Source: Chrysomallon squamiferum (taxonomy: Eukaryota > Animalia > Mollusca). From it: 64,000 bases of DNA. Shown here one piece after another: positions 24,001 to 38,566 of the stretch; position 1 is the stretch's first letter; the number at the start of each line of letters is the position of its first letter. Location of the stretch: assembly GCA_012295275.1 (NCBI GenBank), contig CM022668.1, forward strand, positions 13,206,001-13,270,000. The letters run 5' to 3'. The notes below the pieces were generated by a model, which ran no database searches, was not told the DNA's origin, and saw only the letters and a program-made list of their open reading frames with translations. Made by a program: the position numbers and the translations under genes.

Positions 24001-26732
24001 AAAGGTTAATGTCTTAAGATATATGCATTGTCATGCCCAGATCAAATGTGAAATTTAGCTCGGCAGAGCATCGCTTCAAACTGGCATTCTTACATTCACC
24101 AGAAACAGCTGATACCTTAATACAGTAACCAAATTATATCGTATTTAATCTTCTCCTTACTTATTTCAGTTGCAAACCATAAAGGACTGATAATTCTTCT
24201 TCAGGTTACTTAACATTGTTACTAAACACAATTTATTGTCGAGCATTCTCATCAGAATTTGTAACTTTATATAACAGGCACAATTACAAACATCAGTCCT
24301 TTTTTTTTTTTTTTTTACAAACATTTATTACTGCTTCAGTTTGTCATCTCGCATTCACGATCAAACCCCAAGATAAATGGCGGTGATGTCGATTTGTTTT
24401 GGCAGCCATTTTAATTTGGCACAGTGCATCCTGTCATACCTGAAAGAATTCCTGAACGTGGTGGTGTTCTTTATCTCAGCCATCTTCTCCCTTGTCGTCT
24501 GGCTTTGCTTACTTTCGTTACAAAACTGTGTACCGATTTATCTGCCGTAATCTTCCGTCTGTGTCAAATTATTATTTTACGTTTTGTGCGACTTGTTTTA
24601 GCTTGTTGCAAATATCTTTTTTTTTACGCTTCATAAAGATTTTTTTGTGCTACGTTTGTGGTTGGTTTTGGGGTATGTTGTCGTGTGTGTGTGGGTTTGT
24701 GGGAACAGTTTTATTATAAGCTTTTATTATTATTATTATTATTATTTATTATTATTATTATTATTATTTTAAATTGTAGTTTAAATTGTAAATCTTGAAA
24801 TATTCATTTTAATTGTATATTGGTTTCTGTGTTCATTTCTTTTTCACTATTTTAAAAAAAGAAAAAAACATTTATTATTAAGTTTCATAAATTTATTTAT
24901 TTATTTATTTATTTACTTATTTAATATACTATTTTAATTTTGTTTGATTTTAAGTTTTATTTTTAAGAGATTTTTATATTATTTAAACATCATCTGAAAC
25001 ACAAACACACACACATACACAAACACATGCACATGCACACAAGCACACATGCACATGCATACATGTACAGTACAAATTTCAGGTATATATAGATTCACCA
25101 ATACTTAATATATATTATATTTACATCATAATAATAATACATATCACATATACAAACACAGACATAAGGAAACGCAAAGACATGATCCTCTTTTGTTACA
25201 AAATCCATCCCAGCCATTTGTTGGGTACATTTACCCACCTCAACACATTAAATCCACACATACATACAATGTATACACATAACACACAATGTATATATAT
25301 ATACACACACACATATACAATGTATAAAAAAGAACATACAACACACAACACTCCCATCCCATCTACCCACAAATGCATTTATAAACACTGCTGAATATTT
25401 TTTTTTTCTTTTTTTTTTTTCCCTCTCTTCTTTTCTTTTTTTTTTTTTTTTTTCTTGTCGTCCCTTCCCATGTAAGAGAAGTTGAACCTTGAATTATCAT
25501 AGATGAAAATCAGACCTCGAGAATTTTAACTTTGTAATTTGTCTCGCAAACCCCTGCTCCCACTGGGAGCAGAGAAAAGGCTCCTGGGTCGACAAAGTCT
25601 GGTAATTATCGGGTTATCGCGAAAATCAGCCACCAAGCAACAATAGACCTCAATGATTTAACAAGGTATAACAAGGACAGAGAAAGATTTCAAAGATGAC
25701 AAGGCTTAGCCTTTTTTTTATTATTATTATTATTATTTTTTTTTTTAAAGCAGTTTTAAACCACCAACACACTGTTTTGGATTTATATTGTATATAGTTA
25801 TTTACCGAGCATCTTTTTTTCTTTTTTTTCTTTTCTTTTCGTCTTCAAGAGATCATGAAGTACATTTATCAGGCAGGTTTTTAGTCTTTTATTTTCGTGT
25901 TAAACTGATGAGATAGTAAAGTTTTGAGGTTGTTGTTTTCTGCAGTTTTTTTTTAGTTTAAATGTTCTCGGAGTATAGGTTTATAATTAATTTGTTTATG
26001 CAAGGTTACAGATAAACGACACATTTTGATGTGTGATGATGTCTGATGCTCTGTACTCTCAGTTGTTGATTATTGGTTGGGTAGGGTGTAGTGCTGAGTT
26101 TTGTTAGGCAATGAGATCTAAAAGTTGATGTAGAAAGACTGACTTCTTTTTTTTTTTATTAATGTCTGTTGTTTTTGTTTGGTTTTTTTGTGTGTTTTTT
26201 CATGTTAATGAGGAAGTGGATAATAAATAAATAAATAAATAAATAAGTTAATAAATAGAATAATAAGTAAATAAATAAATTAATTAATTAATTACTAGAA
26301 TAATAAGTATGTAAATAAATAAATAAATAAATAATAATAATAAATAAATAAATGATGAAAAAAGAACATTAGCATTTTATATTAACATTAGGCTTACATT
26401 GGATGGACATGTTTAACAGCAGGTTTTTGTAAATCTGTAAATATCTGGTTGTTATTTGTTTATTTATTTATTTATTTATTTATTTTATTATTTTAATGTG
26501 TAGATTTGGATGGATGTGTTAAGGTGAAAATGTAAATATTTTTGTCTGTATTTTTGTATACATTTGTGTGTATGTGTGTACGTTTGTTATATATTCTGAT
26601 AAAATAAGTTGCAATGGCAACCAGCAACAAATGATCATTTATTTACTTAATTTAATAATTTGAAAAAAATAAAATAATAATATATATATATATATTAACT
26701 TTTTGTTTATTTATTTATTTATTTAATTTCAG

Positions 26733-27956
26733 ATTTTGACGAAACTTGCTGAAATGACAACCTGCGATGAATGTCTGACATTTTTTTAACCTGTGAAAAC
26801 AATTAAAACTTTTTATTGTTGCTTTTGTTGCTCAATTCATAGGAGAAAATTCAAGAAATATGAATCAAGAAAAAGGACACACACACACACACACACAAAA
26901 CAGACAGAAAAACGCACAGATACATTCACATTTCCACAAATGGACTTACCTTCATACCTACATACAAATATACTACTAAAAACCACAAAAAACAAAAACA
27001 AAAACACACAAAATGTTGCAATATTCTTGTAATCATCACCTAGTTATCAGATTCAGTTAAATGTAAGTCTAGTATAGAAATATTATTTAGTAAATTTTTA
27101 ACATTCCCTAAATGGTCATTATTAAATTCTTCATAGGATTAAACACAATGACATATGCACACTTATTAAACATGCACACTTTCTTTTTGTTGTGACAATA
27201 CATATATGTGGATGCATAGACAAATACTAACATACATACATACATAGATACTCAATATTGTTTTTTGTTACACATATGAAATCATATTGTTGTTTTTTAC
27301 AGATACACAAATGTATATATGGAAACATACCTATAATATGCATATACATACACACATACACAATTTTTATTTCTTGTACTGATACAGAAATTCAGATATG
27401 GATGGATGTATACTTAATATAGAAAAATGCTTTACAGTTATTTACAATGTGATATTGTGTACAATGACTTGTAACATGTAAAATTATTTTCAAACCGATA
27501 CCATTACACAATACTGTTAAATGTTACATCATTTGGTATTGTATTATCTTTTAATATATGTAATATGTATTATATGCACTAATATCTCTTATGATTTATA
27601 TTGTTACAAATTGTTTTGAATGTTGTCATTTAAGGGGAAAAAAAAAAAAAAAAAAAATAAGATCTCAAGAGAATTTTATCAAGCTGACTTTGTAATGAAT
27701 TGTGATTCACAAATGTGAAAATGTATTAGTTTCATTGGTTAAATGTGAAAATATTCTGTGGGAAAAAACCACACACAAAACAGCACCATATTTCTGAAGG
27801 GCATATCACTCAGTCATAAATTACATAGCATATATATATATATATGTTTTGATATGCAAGGCGAAATGTAAAATGTTATTCACAGCATTTTGCACAAGAT
27901 ACATTTTCATTTAAATGAAATTATTTTTATCTGTTCACTTGTGTATTTGTGTGTAT

Positions 27957-28042
<86 letters not shown>

Positions 28043-28521
28043 TTATACATGCACATAATCACAATTTTTTAACTTAATATTATTGTTGAAAAACAGAAGT
28101 ATCATCATAATTACCTTGTCACACAATTAGATATGTTTACAAAGTCAAAAAGTTATTTATTTTTATACAAGAAAGATATAAAAAATATATATAATGTATA
28201 TATTATGACATTTTATTGGCATATGTATGTGTAATATATATAGTTATCTGACATGTCCTATGAGTTTTCACAAAATATTTAAAGTGAGACCTTCATAAGT
28301 CAAGTAGAGTAATAAGCTTTTATTTCTGCCCATTTCAGCTTATTATTTATATTTTGTAACAACAAATGACCTTTTTTGTATGAGTAATTTCCCATTCCAC
28401 CACCAGTTTTATTCAAGCTGTTACTTCTTTCATGAGCATTATAAGATAATGACAACTAACAGAAAATTAAAAAGTTATTAAAACAAATTAAAAACATAAA
28501 GCTAATAGATAATAAAATAAA

Positions 28522-28573
<52 letters not shown>

Positions 28574-30167
28574 TAAATAATAATAATAAAATAAAATAAA
28601 ATAAAATAAAATAAATAAATAAACTGTTATCCAAAAGTTACTCTCATCATTTAGCAAGAAGGAATCATTTACACAAACCTTCTCAATGATGGCACAGAAA
28701 AAGCTTGGAAAAATACACAAATTTTAATAAATCAGTCAAGAGCACTGTTTAGATTGTAAAGTAGCCCAACATAAATACCAAGAAGTATTGATCCAAAAAT
28801 CCTTCATGCATCAAACCAGTAATAAGAGGTACAGCCAATTTTTACTACCGACTTTGAAGTAAAGGCCATTACTTACTAAGATGCCTGTGTATATTTGCCT
28901 GCAAATTTTCATTTTATTTCCACATCAATATTCATTATGGATTATCTGGATTTATTTCTCATAAATCCACTGATGGGATTACTCAGATAGTTTATTGTAG
29001 TATTAAAATTTTAGTTTATTCAAAATGTCGGTTTTATGTGTGGTGTTAAAAAATATTTTGCAGTAGAAGTGCTAATGGTGTTGATATAGGTCAAATTTGT
29101 TAATATCTTTTGTTTTTGTATTATAAATTTGCTAATGTTATTGTTTTCTGTTTTATTTTGTTGTTTTTCTTTCCTTTGTTTCTGTTAGAAATCTCATTAG
29201 AAAAAGAACAGTTTCTTAAAATAGACAAATAAATGTAACTGGTATTCCTTAAAATTTGATTCAAAGCAAATAAAATGGAATTTTTAAAAATTAAAGATTA
29301 AAAATAATTTTGGTATTAATAATAATAATGTTTAAAAGAAAAAAAGTAAAATTATAAATAAATAAATAAATAATTAAATAAATAATTTTAGAAAAAAGAG
29401 AGTAAAATTCATGTTTAATATTATAAATAATATTACTACTATCATTATTGTTATTATTATATTTATTATTATTGTTGTTGTTATTATTATTGTTATCATT
29501 TAACTAATAATTTTTTTGACAATATTAAAACATTTAAAATCTTTTTTACATATTACTATGCATCAGATTATATATCATGTCTTATCATTCACTAAGTAGT
29601 CACAATTTTGAACCGTCCAGTGTCCACAACAGATCTTTATTTTGTCCTAACATTATTGTATTCATAAATACCGTCCATACTTACAGTATATATATTTTCT
29701 ATATATTTATTAACAGCATAATTTTTGCCAAGAAAAAAAGTATATTTTTGTGATAATTTCTGTATTTTTATGTTTAAAATTATTTTTATTAGTTTTGTCT
29801 TTTTTAAAGTTTTTTTTTTTTTTTTTTTTTAAATTTTAATATAATTTGTTTGTTTTTTTTTTTCTCATATATTTGTTAAATACAATGTGTTTGTTGTTCA
29901 GGTAATAGATCAGAAATGACTTTTTACTTATAAATACATATAATAGGGATGTTAAAATGTAAATAATAAATTCTTTAATTAGAAATATTTAAATTTTATA
30001 ATTTCACATTTAATTTATTATTTTTGTTACCAGAAAACTTCATTTTTATTATTATTTTTTTAATATAATATTTGATGTTACTCAAGAAAAAAAATACCCA
30101 CCAATATAATATGTTCCTTTTTGTTATGTTCTGATTTTAGGAAAAGATAAAAATTGATAAATAATTA

Positions 30168-30218
<51 letters not shown>

Positions 30219-30895
30219 TGGGAGGATGTGTGTAAAAGACTATATGTTATAAATATTAATGAAATGTTAATTTTTTGTGAATTTCACATATGTAAATGAA
30301 ACACTGACAAGTAATATTTAAATCAACAAACAAATGCACAAAATTCACTTGCTATCAAATGACATTTGTTTTGTTTTTTTGTTATTTTGGGCGGGTGTTT
30401 TTTTTTTTTTTTTTTTCTTTTAATTACATATAATTGTATATTATATATATATAATTTTATTATTATTATTATTTTATATAATTTTTTTTTTTTTTTTCTA
30501 GTATTACATAAAAAAACCTTCTCCATCCATTATGAATAACAAATATTTATAAGTTATTAATATTATTTTTACAACTGGATTATTAAAATAATTCTTAATA
30601 AATTCTTTTGTGATCATTTCCCTTTAGGTCTGTTTTTCACAAAGATATAATTTTGTTGAACAGCAATTTTGTTTTCATTTTTTAATGATGTTTATATTCA
30701 TAGTTATTTATTAATAATGAATAATCATGATGGTGTTGTTTTATTTAACAAATTTTCTCTCATACTTCAGATCTGTACATAAATATTGTTATGTGATTCT
30801 GTATAAGTTATACTTTAAAATAAATGTTCTTAGATGTGTAAATTTTGAATAATTGCACTGGTTCACTTGCAATAAATAAAACATCGTCATATGGG
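26733..30895 (+). other. Candidate alternative terminal exon (DFDETC*) with a long 3' UTR, possibly belonging to BBS9
   Basis: Acceptor tttcag at 26727-26732; the phase-1 reading gives DFDETC-stop; about 4 kb of CpG-poor UTR-like sequence follows, ending in AATAAATAAA (30871-30880) and a downstream T/GT-rich tract. Confidence 0.4.
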
Positions 30896-30980
30896 AAAGG
30901 TTCTTGTTTTGTTCTCTTTTTTTTTTTGTATAATTTTTTTTAATTTCTTTTTTAGTTATTATTATTATTATTATTACTAA

Positions 30981-31040
<60 letters not shown>

Positions 31041-32730
31041 ATGAACAAAACTGTGCTAGGAAATGCATCATTAATAACTGCAATAATAACGATAATAATA
31101 TGGCTTATTTATATCACATTATTATTATTATTATTGTTATTGTTATTATTATTATTGAAGAAAACCTTGGTAGTTAGTAGTAAAATAAGTATTAATAGCA
31201 ATAATGAGAACAAAAACGGCTTATTGATACTTATTATAACAACAATTCGTCTCAGTTTTATCGACATGCACAAAATGTCCGAATCTCCGATCATATCCGA
31301 AAGTATTCTGTTTAATGTTTACGAATATTGTCGATGTATTCCGAAATACAATTGTTTACATAATATAATTACTGATACCATTAGTTACGGTATTCATTTT
31401 GCGCATAACGGAGAGTTTCATTAAGGTAAGAATTTAAATTTATTTCAAGTTCTTTTTTAAGAGAGAAAGAAAACAAAAGAAGAAACTAAAAGATGTAAAA
31501 TCAAAATATAACTGAGTGGAAATTTATTTATTTTAAATTACATTGAATTCAGTTGTAATATAAATTGGTTTAATATTAACCCTATGGTTAATAGTTTTGA
31601 ATTATAACCATTTTATAGAACTCAGTTTAAGTTCAATGATTATACATTTTTTGTTCATGTTATATTTTAGTTCCACGTCCTTTCTTAAAGACAATTTTAA
31701 TGCATTATCTGTTTTCCACTTTTTATTTTACTTTCATATTAAAAATTTATATATAGTTAAACACAAAATGTTAAATCGTTTCTTGTCGCTATTTTTCTTT
31801 CTTTCTTTTATTGTTTATTTGTTCGTTTTCTAACTATTTTTTTTTCTTTTTTTTTCTCAGTCATTTACATTAGCAATTTAATCATTTTCATCATATTTTA
31901 CATATCTAGCCGTCTTTTACCACCTAAAGACTTAAATGGAGGCATCCATTGCATTTAAGTCCATCGTAAGGTTAATTTAACTGTTTCTATCTTTCACAAA
32001 GAAATAATAATTACACAGATTACTTGTTGTTCAGTCTGTGAGTGTATATACAATGATAACTCAAGAACCAGAGTGAAATTATGTTTATTTTATTGTTAAT
32101 AAAACTACTTGAGAATGACAAACAATTTCTCTAATTTATACAGATGACGCCGAGTCCTACAATACCTGCATACACAAATAACTTTTATTTTATGGTCCTT
32201 GAATCATTAATAAATACTAAAAGTTCAAACAGTATGAAGCTGGTCTACCCTAACTATTAACGATACGCCCGTTGTTTGATATATGATAATAACTGTACAT
32301 GTTTTCGCCACTACCTTTATGACGTTTTTATTTGACGTTCGCGACGAAGATTTTCGTCGTCTCTTTCCGAGATTCGCGTCTGCTTTTCGTAGACTGGTTT
32401 CCGCAGAATGTGTCGACAGAGCGCTTTTAACAAGTCTGTCTTTTCAGGTAATAACTTTTGTCGTAGTCTCAAGTCTCCGTCAACGTCGTCTCGTATCTTC
32501 GTCGTTGTCGTCGACTAGTCTCGTTTACAATGGCTTCCAGTGTCGTGCACTTGGCGCTGTTTGGTTTATTCGTTTTGATTGAGTTTTACAATGATTTATG
32601 TTAGCTAGACGAGTATGAATACAAAACTGACCACTTCGCATATTTGTTTTAATTATCTTCCACTGAATTATGTAGTTCATGACAGACAACAACATGACGT
32701 CGGTAAATGCTGTATCAAAAATAAAAGTTA

Positions 32731-32775
<45 letters not shown>

Positions 32776-33458
32776 CAGAAGAAACTAGGCATTATTTTAT
32801 TTATTTCATTATTTATGTGCGTATACTTTAGTCTATAGTGAGCTATTTTGCTCTCTCGTTTGAAATTCTGGCGATGAACATCTTACAAAAGATTAATTTT
32901 TGATTACTTTTTAGGCAAATAAATACAGTATTAATTATGTAGGACTTGATAAAATTTATGTTTAATAAATAAGTATATAAGTAAAACTGACAATATAAAA
33001 AATTAATTAGTTTCCAGTTGTCGGATGAGATTTTAGAAGAAAAAAAAATTAAAAAAATAAATAAAATGGTAGACACAGAGAAAAACAAAAAGATCAATAA
33101 ATGTTTAACAATAAATCCGATATATTTTAATATCGTTATTTTATTTTATTTTGTTTGTTTTTTTAAATTTTTGGATATTTCCATTTTAATGAAACTGAAA
33201 TTTAGTTCGTCTTCTTCTTTTTCTTTCTTTTCTTTTTCTTTTTGTTTTGTTTTGATAAACATTATTCATCACAATGATGGCGCCTGTGTGAAATTCAGAC
33301 TCGTCCGTGTATGTGTAGATAGCTTTACATATTTTAATAAGTGTATTTTTACATTTATCTTTGTCTACGCCTCTCTGTCTCAGTCTGTCTGTCTGTCTGT
33401 CTATCTCGCACTGTCTCTCAGAGTTACTTTCTCCTTTTTGTGTGTATGTGTCTATTTC

Positions 33459-33544
<86 letters not shown>

Positions 33545-34047
33545 ACCGTACCGGTCTTAGGGTCTATAGCATGACACAGCTTAATCTTTCTCTGTTTATT
33601 TAAATCGGACGTAAAATGATTTAGAAATATTGTACCGGTTCTGGCTACGACACTAATTCCTTCCCTTTTTTCCATTTTGTGTACACAAAATATTTCGAAT
33701 ATTCCTATGGGCAACATTGTTTACTGGGTGGAGTGTTTTGTGTAAATAACTCGACTTATTTTTAAATGATATTAAGTGGTATCAGCCGCTGTTTCGTAGT
33801 AGTGTCTTGGAAACACTCGCCAAAGTAAAGTGGGCGCTATGTTTAGTTTCGTATCATTTTCAGGTAGGGATTAAAATATTAAAACATGGCACGTGACAAA
33901 AGCTATTAAATTACTTGTTCGTTTGTTGATGCCAGAAATTCGTGTTATCGAATATAAGTGTCGTAAAATTAAAAGTAAATTGAAAAAATATATATATTAA
34001 AAAAAAAATTAAAAAAAATAAAAAGATAAAAAAAAAATAATAATACA

Positions 34048-34105
<58 letters not shown>

Positions 34106-35415
34106 GAAATAGTAGAAATACAATTTTAAAACATTAGAAATAGAAATAAAATAAAATTAGATCTAAAAATAAAAACGAAACAAAACATAAATTAGGTTAG
34201 GCTATTTTAATTCTAATTTCAATTTCAGTTTTAAATGATTTTGTAATAATTGATAAATATACAAATAATAACACCTAAAGTGAAAATTCACTTGTTACTC
34301 ATTACAAAATAATAATAATAATAATAGCAATAATAATAATAATAATAATATTTAAAATAATAATAATAATAATAATTAAAATAATAATAATAATAAATAA
34401 ATAAATAAATAATAATAATATTTAAAAATAATAAAAAGAAAGTAAAAATAATTTTAGAAAGAAAGAAAGAGAAATAAAGAAAGTAAATAAATAATAAATA
34501 AAATAATACAAAGTTTCAAAAATTCAAAATAGCAAATCGGCTGAGCCGTTTCCCATCCCATTATCAACTTCTCCTTCTTTTCTACTAATTTGTTTCTTTT
34601 TTTCCTTTTTCCTTTAACGTTGAAAGGTTCTTATCAAGAATTATGAGGGTGCGGGGAAGATGAACATTCCCTTTGCGTACATAAGTTATCACATTAAAAT
34701 TTATTATACAGTGGATACCGATAAACTTTAGAACAGTTTTCAATAAATTTCGTTTATATTTATTTAAATTATGTTTCTTTTTTTTTTTTTTTTAATTAAA
34801 AAGAAAATGTACCTCGTTTATCATAATTATCAAAACTGTCTCTGACACCCCTCACGGAAACATTTTTGGACCCGCCTTTATTCGGTTTCTTTTCGTAATA
34901 TAATCTTCATTATTTTAATATTTATATGTTACTGCATAATTTATGGCATATGATTAGAGAGCTTTTTAACCTGTTTCCCACAGAATTCTTTTTCTTTTTT
35001 TTTTTTTTCTTTCTTTCTTTATTTATTGTAGAACGTTACTGCAATAATACTCTATACATTTTTGACATATTAGCATTTTGTATTATATATGCTGAATGCA
35101 GAATTAGAAAATTAAAATTATATAATTGTCTACTGAACATATTTCATTCATTTCATTTACTTGTTCAGTTATTCTCGTATTTTTAAATTTCTTTAATATA
35201 ATACGTAAATGGGGAAATATTGAAAGAAAAACGGGAGAGAAAAATAGATAGACGTATATATATGTGTGTGTTTTTGTGTGTATGCATACAGACATGTAAT
35301 ATATATATATATATATATATATTTATTAATTATTTTTATTAACTGTTTTTGTTAAAGCTTTGCAAAGAATCTACCATTATAATTAATTATATTTTCTTTT
35401 AGAACTGTTGTGTAT

Positions 35416-35462
<47 letters not shown>

Positions 35463-35770
35463 AGACAGAAATGAATAGAGAGAGAGAGACAGAAATAAAT
35501 AACAGACAGAAATGAATACGTGTATGTTGTTTTTCTGTTAAGAATAGAATATAATTATCATTAAAATAAAAATAAATATTAAATAAATAATTAAATAACT
35601 ATAGAGTCCAAACGTCAATGTTTATTTCATTTCACACAATTGAAACTACGAATAATGAATGAATGAATCATTAACGAATTTCAAATAAAATTCATAAATA
35701 AATAAATAGGCAAACAGACACACAAATAAAAATAATTTACTAAATAGGCTACCTTTAAACAAAAACCTTC

Positions 35771-35802
<32 letters not shown>

Positions 35803-35889
35803 AAAATAAATAATAATAATAATAATAATAATAATATTCATCATCGTCATCATCATAGTAGTAGTAGTAGTAGTAGTTCCTAACAACTG

Positions 35890-36680
35890 TTCTAAAACAA
35901 ATATAATTAATCATAATGATATTTTCTTTACAACAGCTTAAAAAATAAAAATAATAAAAAAATAAATAACATAATTAAAATATAATTTATCAAAATAATA
36001 TATTCTTTACTACAGCTGTTAAGAGAAACATAGTTAATCATAATACTGTCTTCTTTACAACAACTTTAATTGTTATAAAACTAATTAAAATATCATTAAT
36101 CAAAATAATATATTGCTTTCAATAGTTGTTAAAGAAATATAATTAATCATAATACTATCTTCTTTACAACAACTTAATTATTATAAAAAAGCAAATAATT
36201 AATCAAAATAATATATTCCTACAACAGCTATTGAAATAAATATAATTAATCATTATACTATCTTCTTTACAACTTTAATTAATAATAAAAAAATAAAAAA
36301 TTTAAAAAAAGATACAGTTAAAACATAATTAAAATTTTATCAAAGTAATATATTCTTTACAACGACTATTAAAACAAATACAATTAATCATAAAGGTATG
36401 TTTTTAATATTTCTATAGTAATATATTTACAATATTCTTATAATAATAATCGTAATAGCATATCCATAACAATCGCTCTAACAAAGAAATATAATTAATC
36501 ATAATAGCATGTTTTTACTATTTTTATCATACTAATTAATATATTTATAATATTAATCACAATAGCATATTCTCTACAACAGCTATTAAAAGAAATAAAT
36601 TAATCACGATAATATATTCTTTACAACAGATATCCAAAAAAATATATATAATTAATCATAATAGTATATTCTTTACAACA

Positions 36681-36711
<31 letters not shown>

Positions 36712-36770
36712 AGAACATAATTAATCATAATATATATTCTTTACATCAGCTGTAACAAAGAAATAATATT
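35890..36770 (+). repeat. Degenerate minisatellite array, unit about 40-50 bp
   Basis: Recurring ATAATTAATCATAATA...TTCTTTACAACAGC core, well over ten copies. Confidence 0.85.
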
Positions 36771-37499
36771 CCTCCTTTAAAAAGACGCGCACCGCAGTGA
36801 AAAGAGCATCACTGCCTATAGAGGCAAATTATCCGTGTACCGCGATAACCCTGACTGTTGTCTAGGAAGCCGAGCACTGGGTCTCGTCTGCGTTTTGACA
36901 TGTTGACAAGCGCTTTCAGTTGAAAAAAAAAAGAAGGAAAAAAAAAAAAAGAGAAAAAAAACGAGCTGCCACATTAAACTCCACAACTAGATTACTGTCG
37001 AGTTTGAAAAAATTTCTTTCATAAACCTATCTGACTAGTTTAGCACTGTTTTTCATTCATGTTCACCGTTGTATCAAATAATGCAATAATTAAATGCCGG
37101 CGGGTGTGAATGAACTTTAATAGACATGTTACCGCAATTCCGTGTCCGCGTGTTCCTAAACTTACTGATGCGGTAAGACGGTGGCGGGATAAACACACTG
37201 GCGGAAGATTAAGGTTGTAGTAAAAGCGCGCGCGAAGACGTGTTAATGAAAGCGGATCAGAGAGCTGGGCTTTGCGCTACATCATAAAAGACTGAAAGGC
37301 TTATTTTGTAAAAAAAAAAATATATATATATATAAACTAATAATAATAAATAAATAAATAATAATAATAAAAGATTAATTTAGCTGATATAAAAAGTTAA
37401 TTATCGGTATTGAACGGAGCGATGAAGGAAAATAATAATAAATACAAAATAAAAAGGTAGAATGAGATTGAAAAGCGAGTGAATGAGCACGACTAAATT

Positions 37500-37539
37500 A
37501 GATAGATAAACAGGGAGGGAGAGAGGGAGGGGAGGGAGG

Positions 37540-37587
<48 letters not shown>

Positions 37588-37960
37588 TAGATTGAAAGAG
37601 AGAGAGATAGAGAAAGAGCGAAAGAGAGATTGAGAGAGAGAAAGAGATAGAGAGACTGACAGAAAGAGTGAAACAGTGTAAGAGGTAGACTGAGAGAGAA
37701 GGAGATAGTGAAAGAGGTAGATTGAGAGAGAAAAAGAGATAGAAACAGATAAAGATAGATCGAGAGAGAGAGAGAAAGAGATAAAATGAGAGAGAGACAG
37801 AGATAGATACACAATGAACGGACGAGTAGACAAATAGACTGACAAACGGAATATTAGAGATCAGATATAACAGATATGTAGACAGGAAGATAGACAGACA
37901 GACAGAGAAATAAATGAATACATGGATAGATATGTAAGTAGGAAGAGCATAACAGATAGA
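37500..37960 (+). repeat. (GA)n/(GATA)n polypurine low-complexity tract
   Basis: Seen directly; one of many (AG)n, (AC)n, (AAT)n and (ATTT)n tracts across the window. Confidence 0.9.
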
Positions 37961-38530
37961 TGGTGTTTTTAAACACAGACGTTGAAACATTAGCTAAAAA
38001 TGGTATCAATGCCGAAAAAAAAACAAATACAAATAAAAAATATGGTCAACTACTTTACTTTTCTTCCACCCATTAATCCAAGAAAATGATTCGGAATTTC
38101 CCGGAAACCAACGAATTTAACCGACTCTCACAATATTAAAAACATAGAGGTTTTTACGACACACATTTCTGAGCTTAAATTCGTAATCGCTGAATGAGCT
38201 AAAAGTACAAACACGGACAGAAATATCATTGTCTTTTTAGCTTTGATAAAGATGTGTATCTACTACATCAGTCTAACAGGTGGGCGCAGAAGACAGGCAA
38301 AGCTGTTTATCTGTTGATTATGTTATTTATATCGACTATCGTGTTGTTGAGTTTTTATATCTACACAGATGTGACTGTTAAAAAGACTGTGCCGTATTGT
38401 TTTTTTTTTTGGGGTTTTTTTGGAGGGGAGTTAATATTTATCTATTTATCTATTTATTTATTGTTGTTGTTGTTGTTATTGCTTTTTTTTTATTATCGTC
38501 GTCATCATTCCCATTATTATTATTGTTATT

Positions 38531-38566
<36 letters not shown>

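Noticed and set aside
37401-37990. SLSL, ERER, YYYY and LLLL-type ORFs here and throughout the ORF track
   Set aside because: Translations of (AG)n, (AC)n and (AAT)n microsatellites
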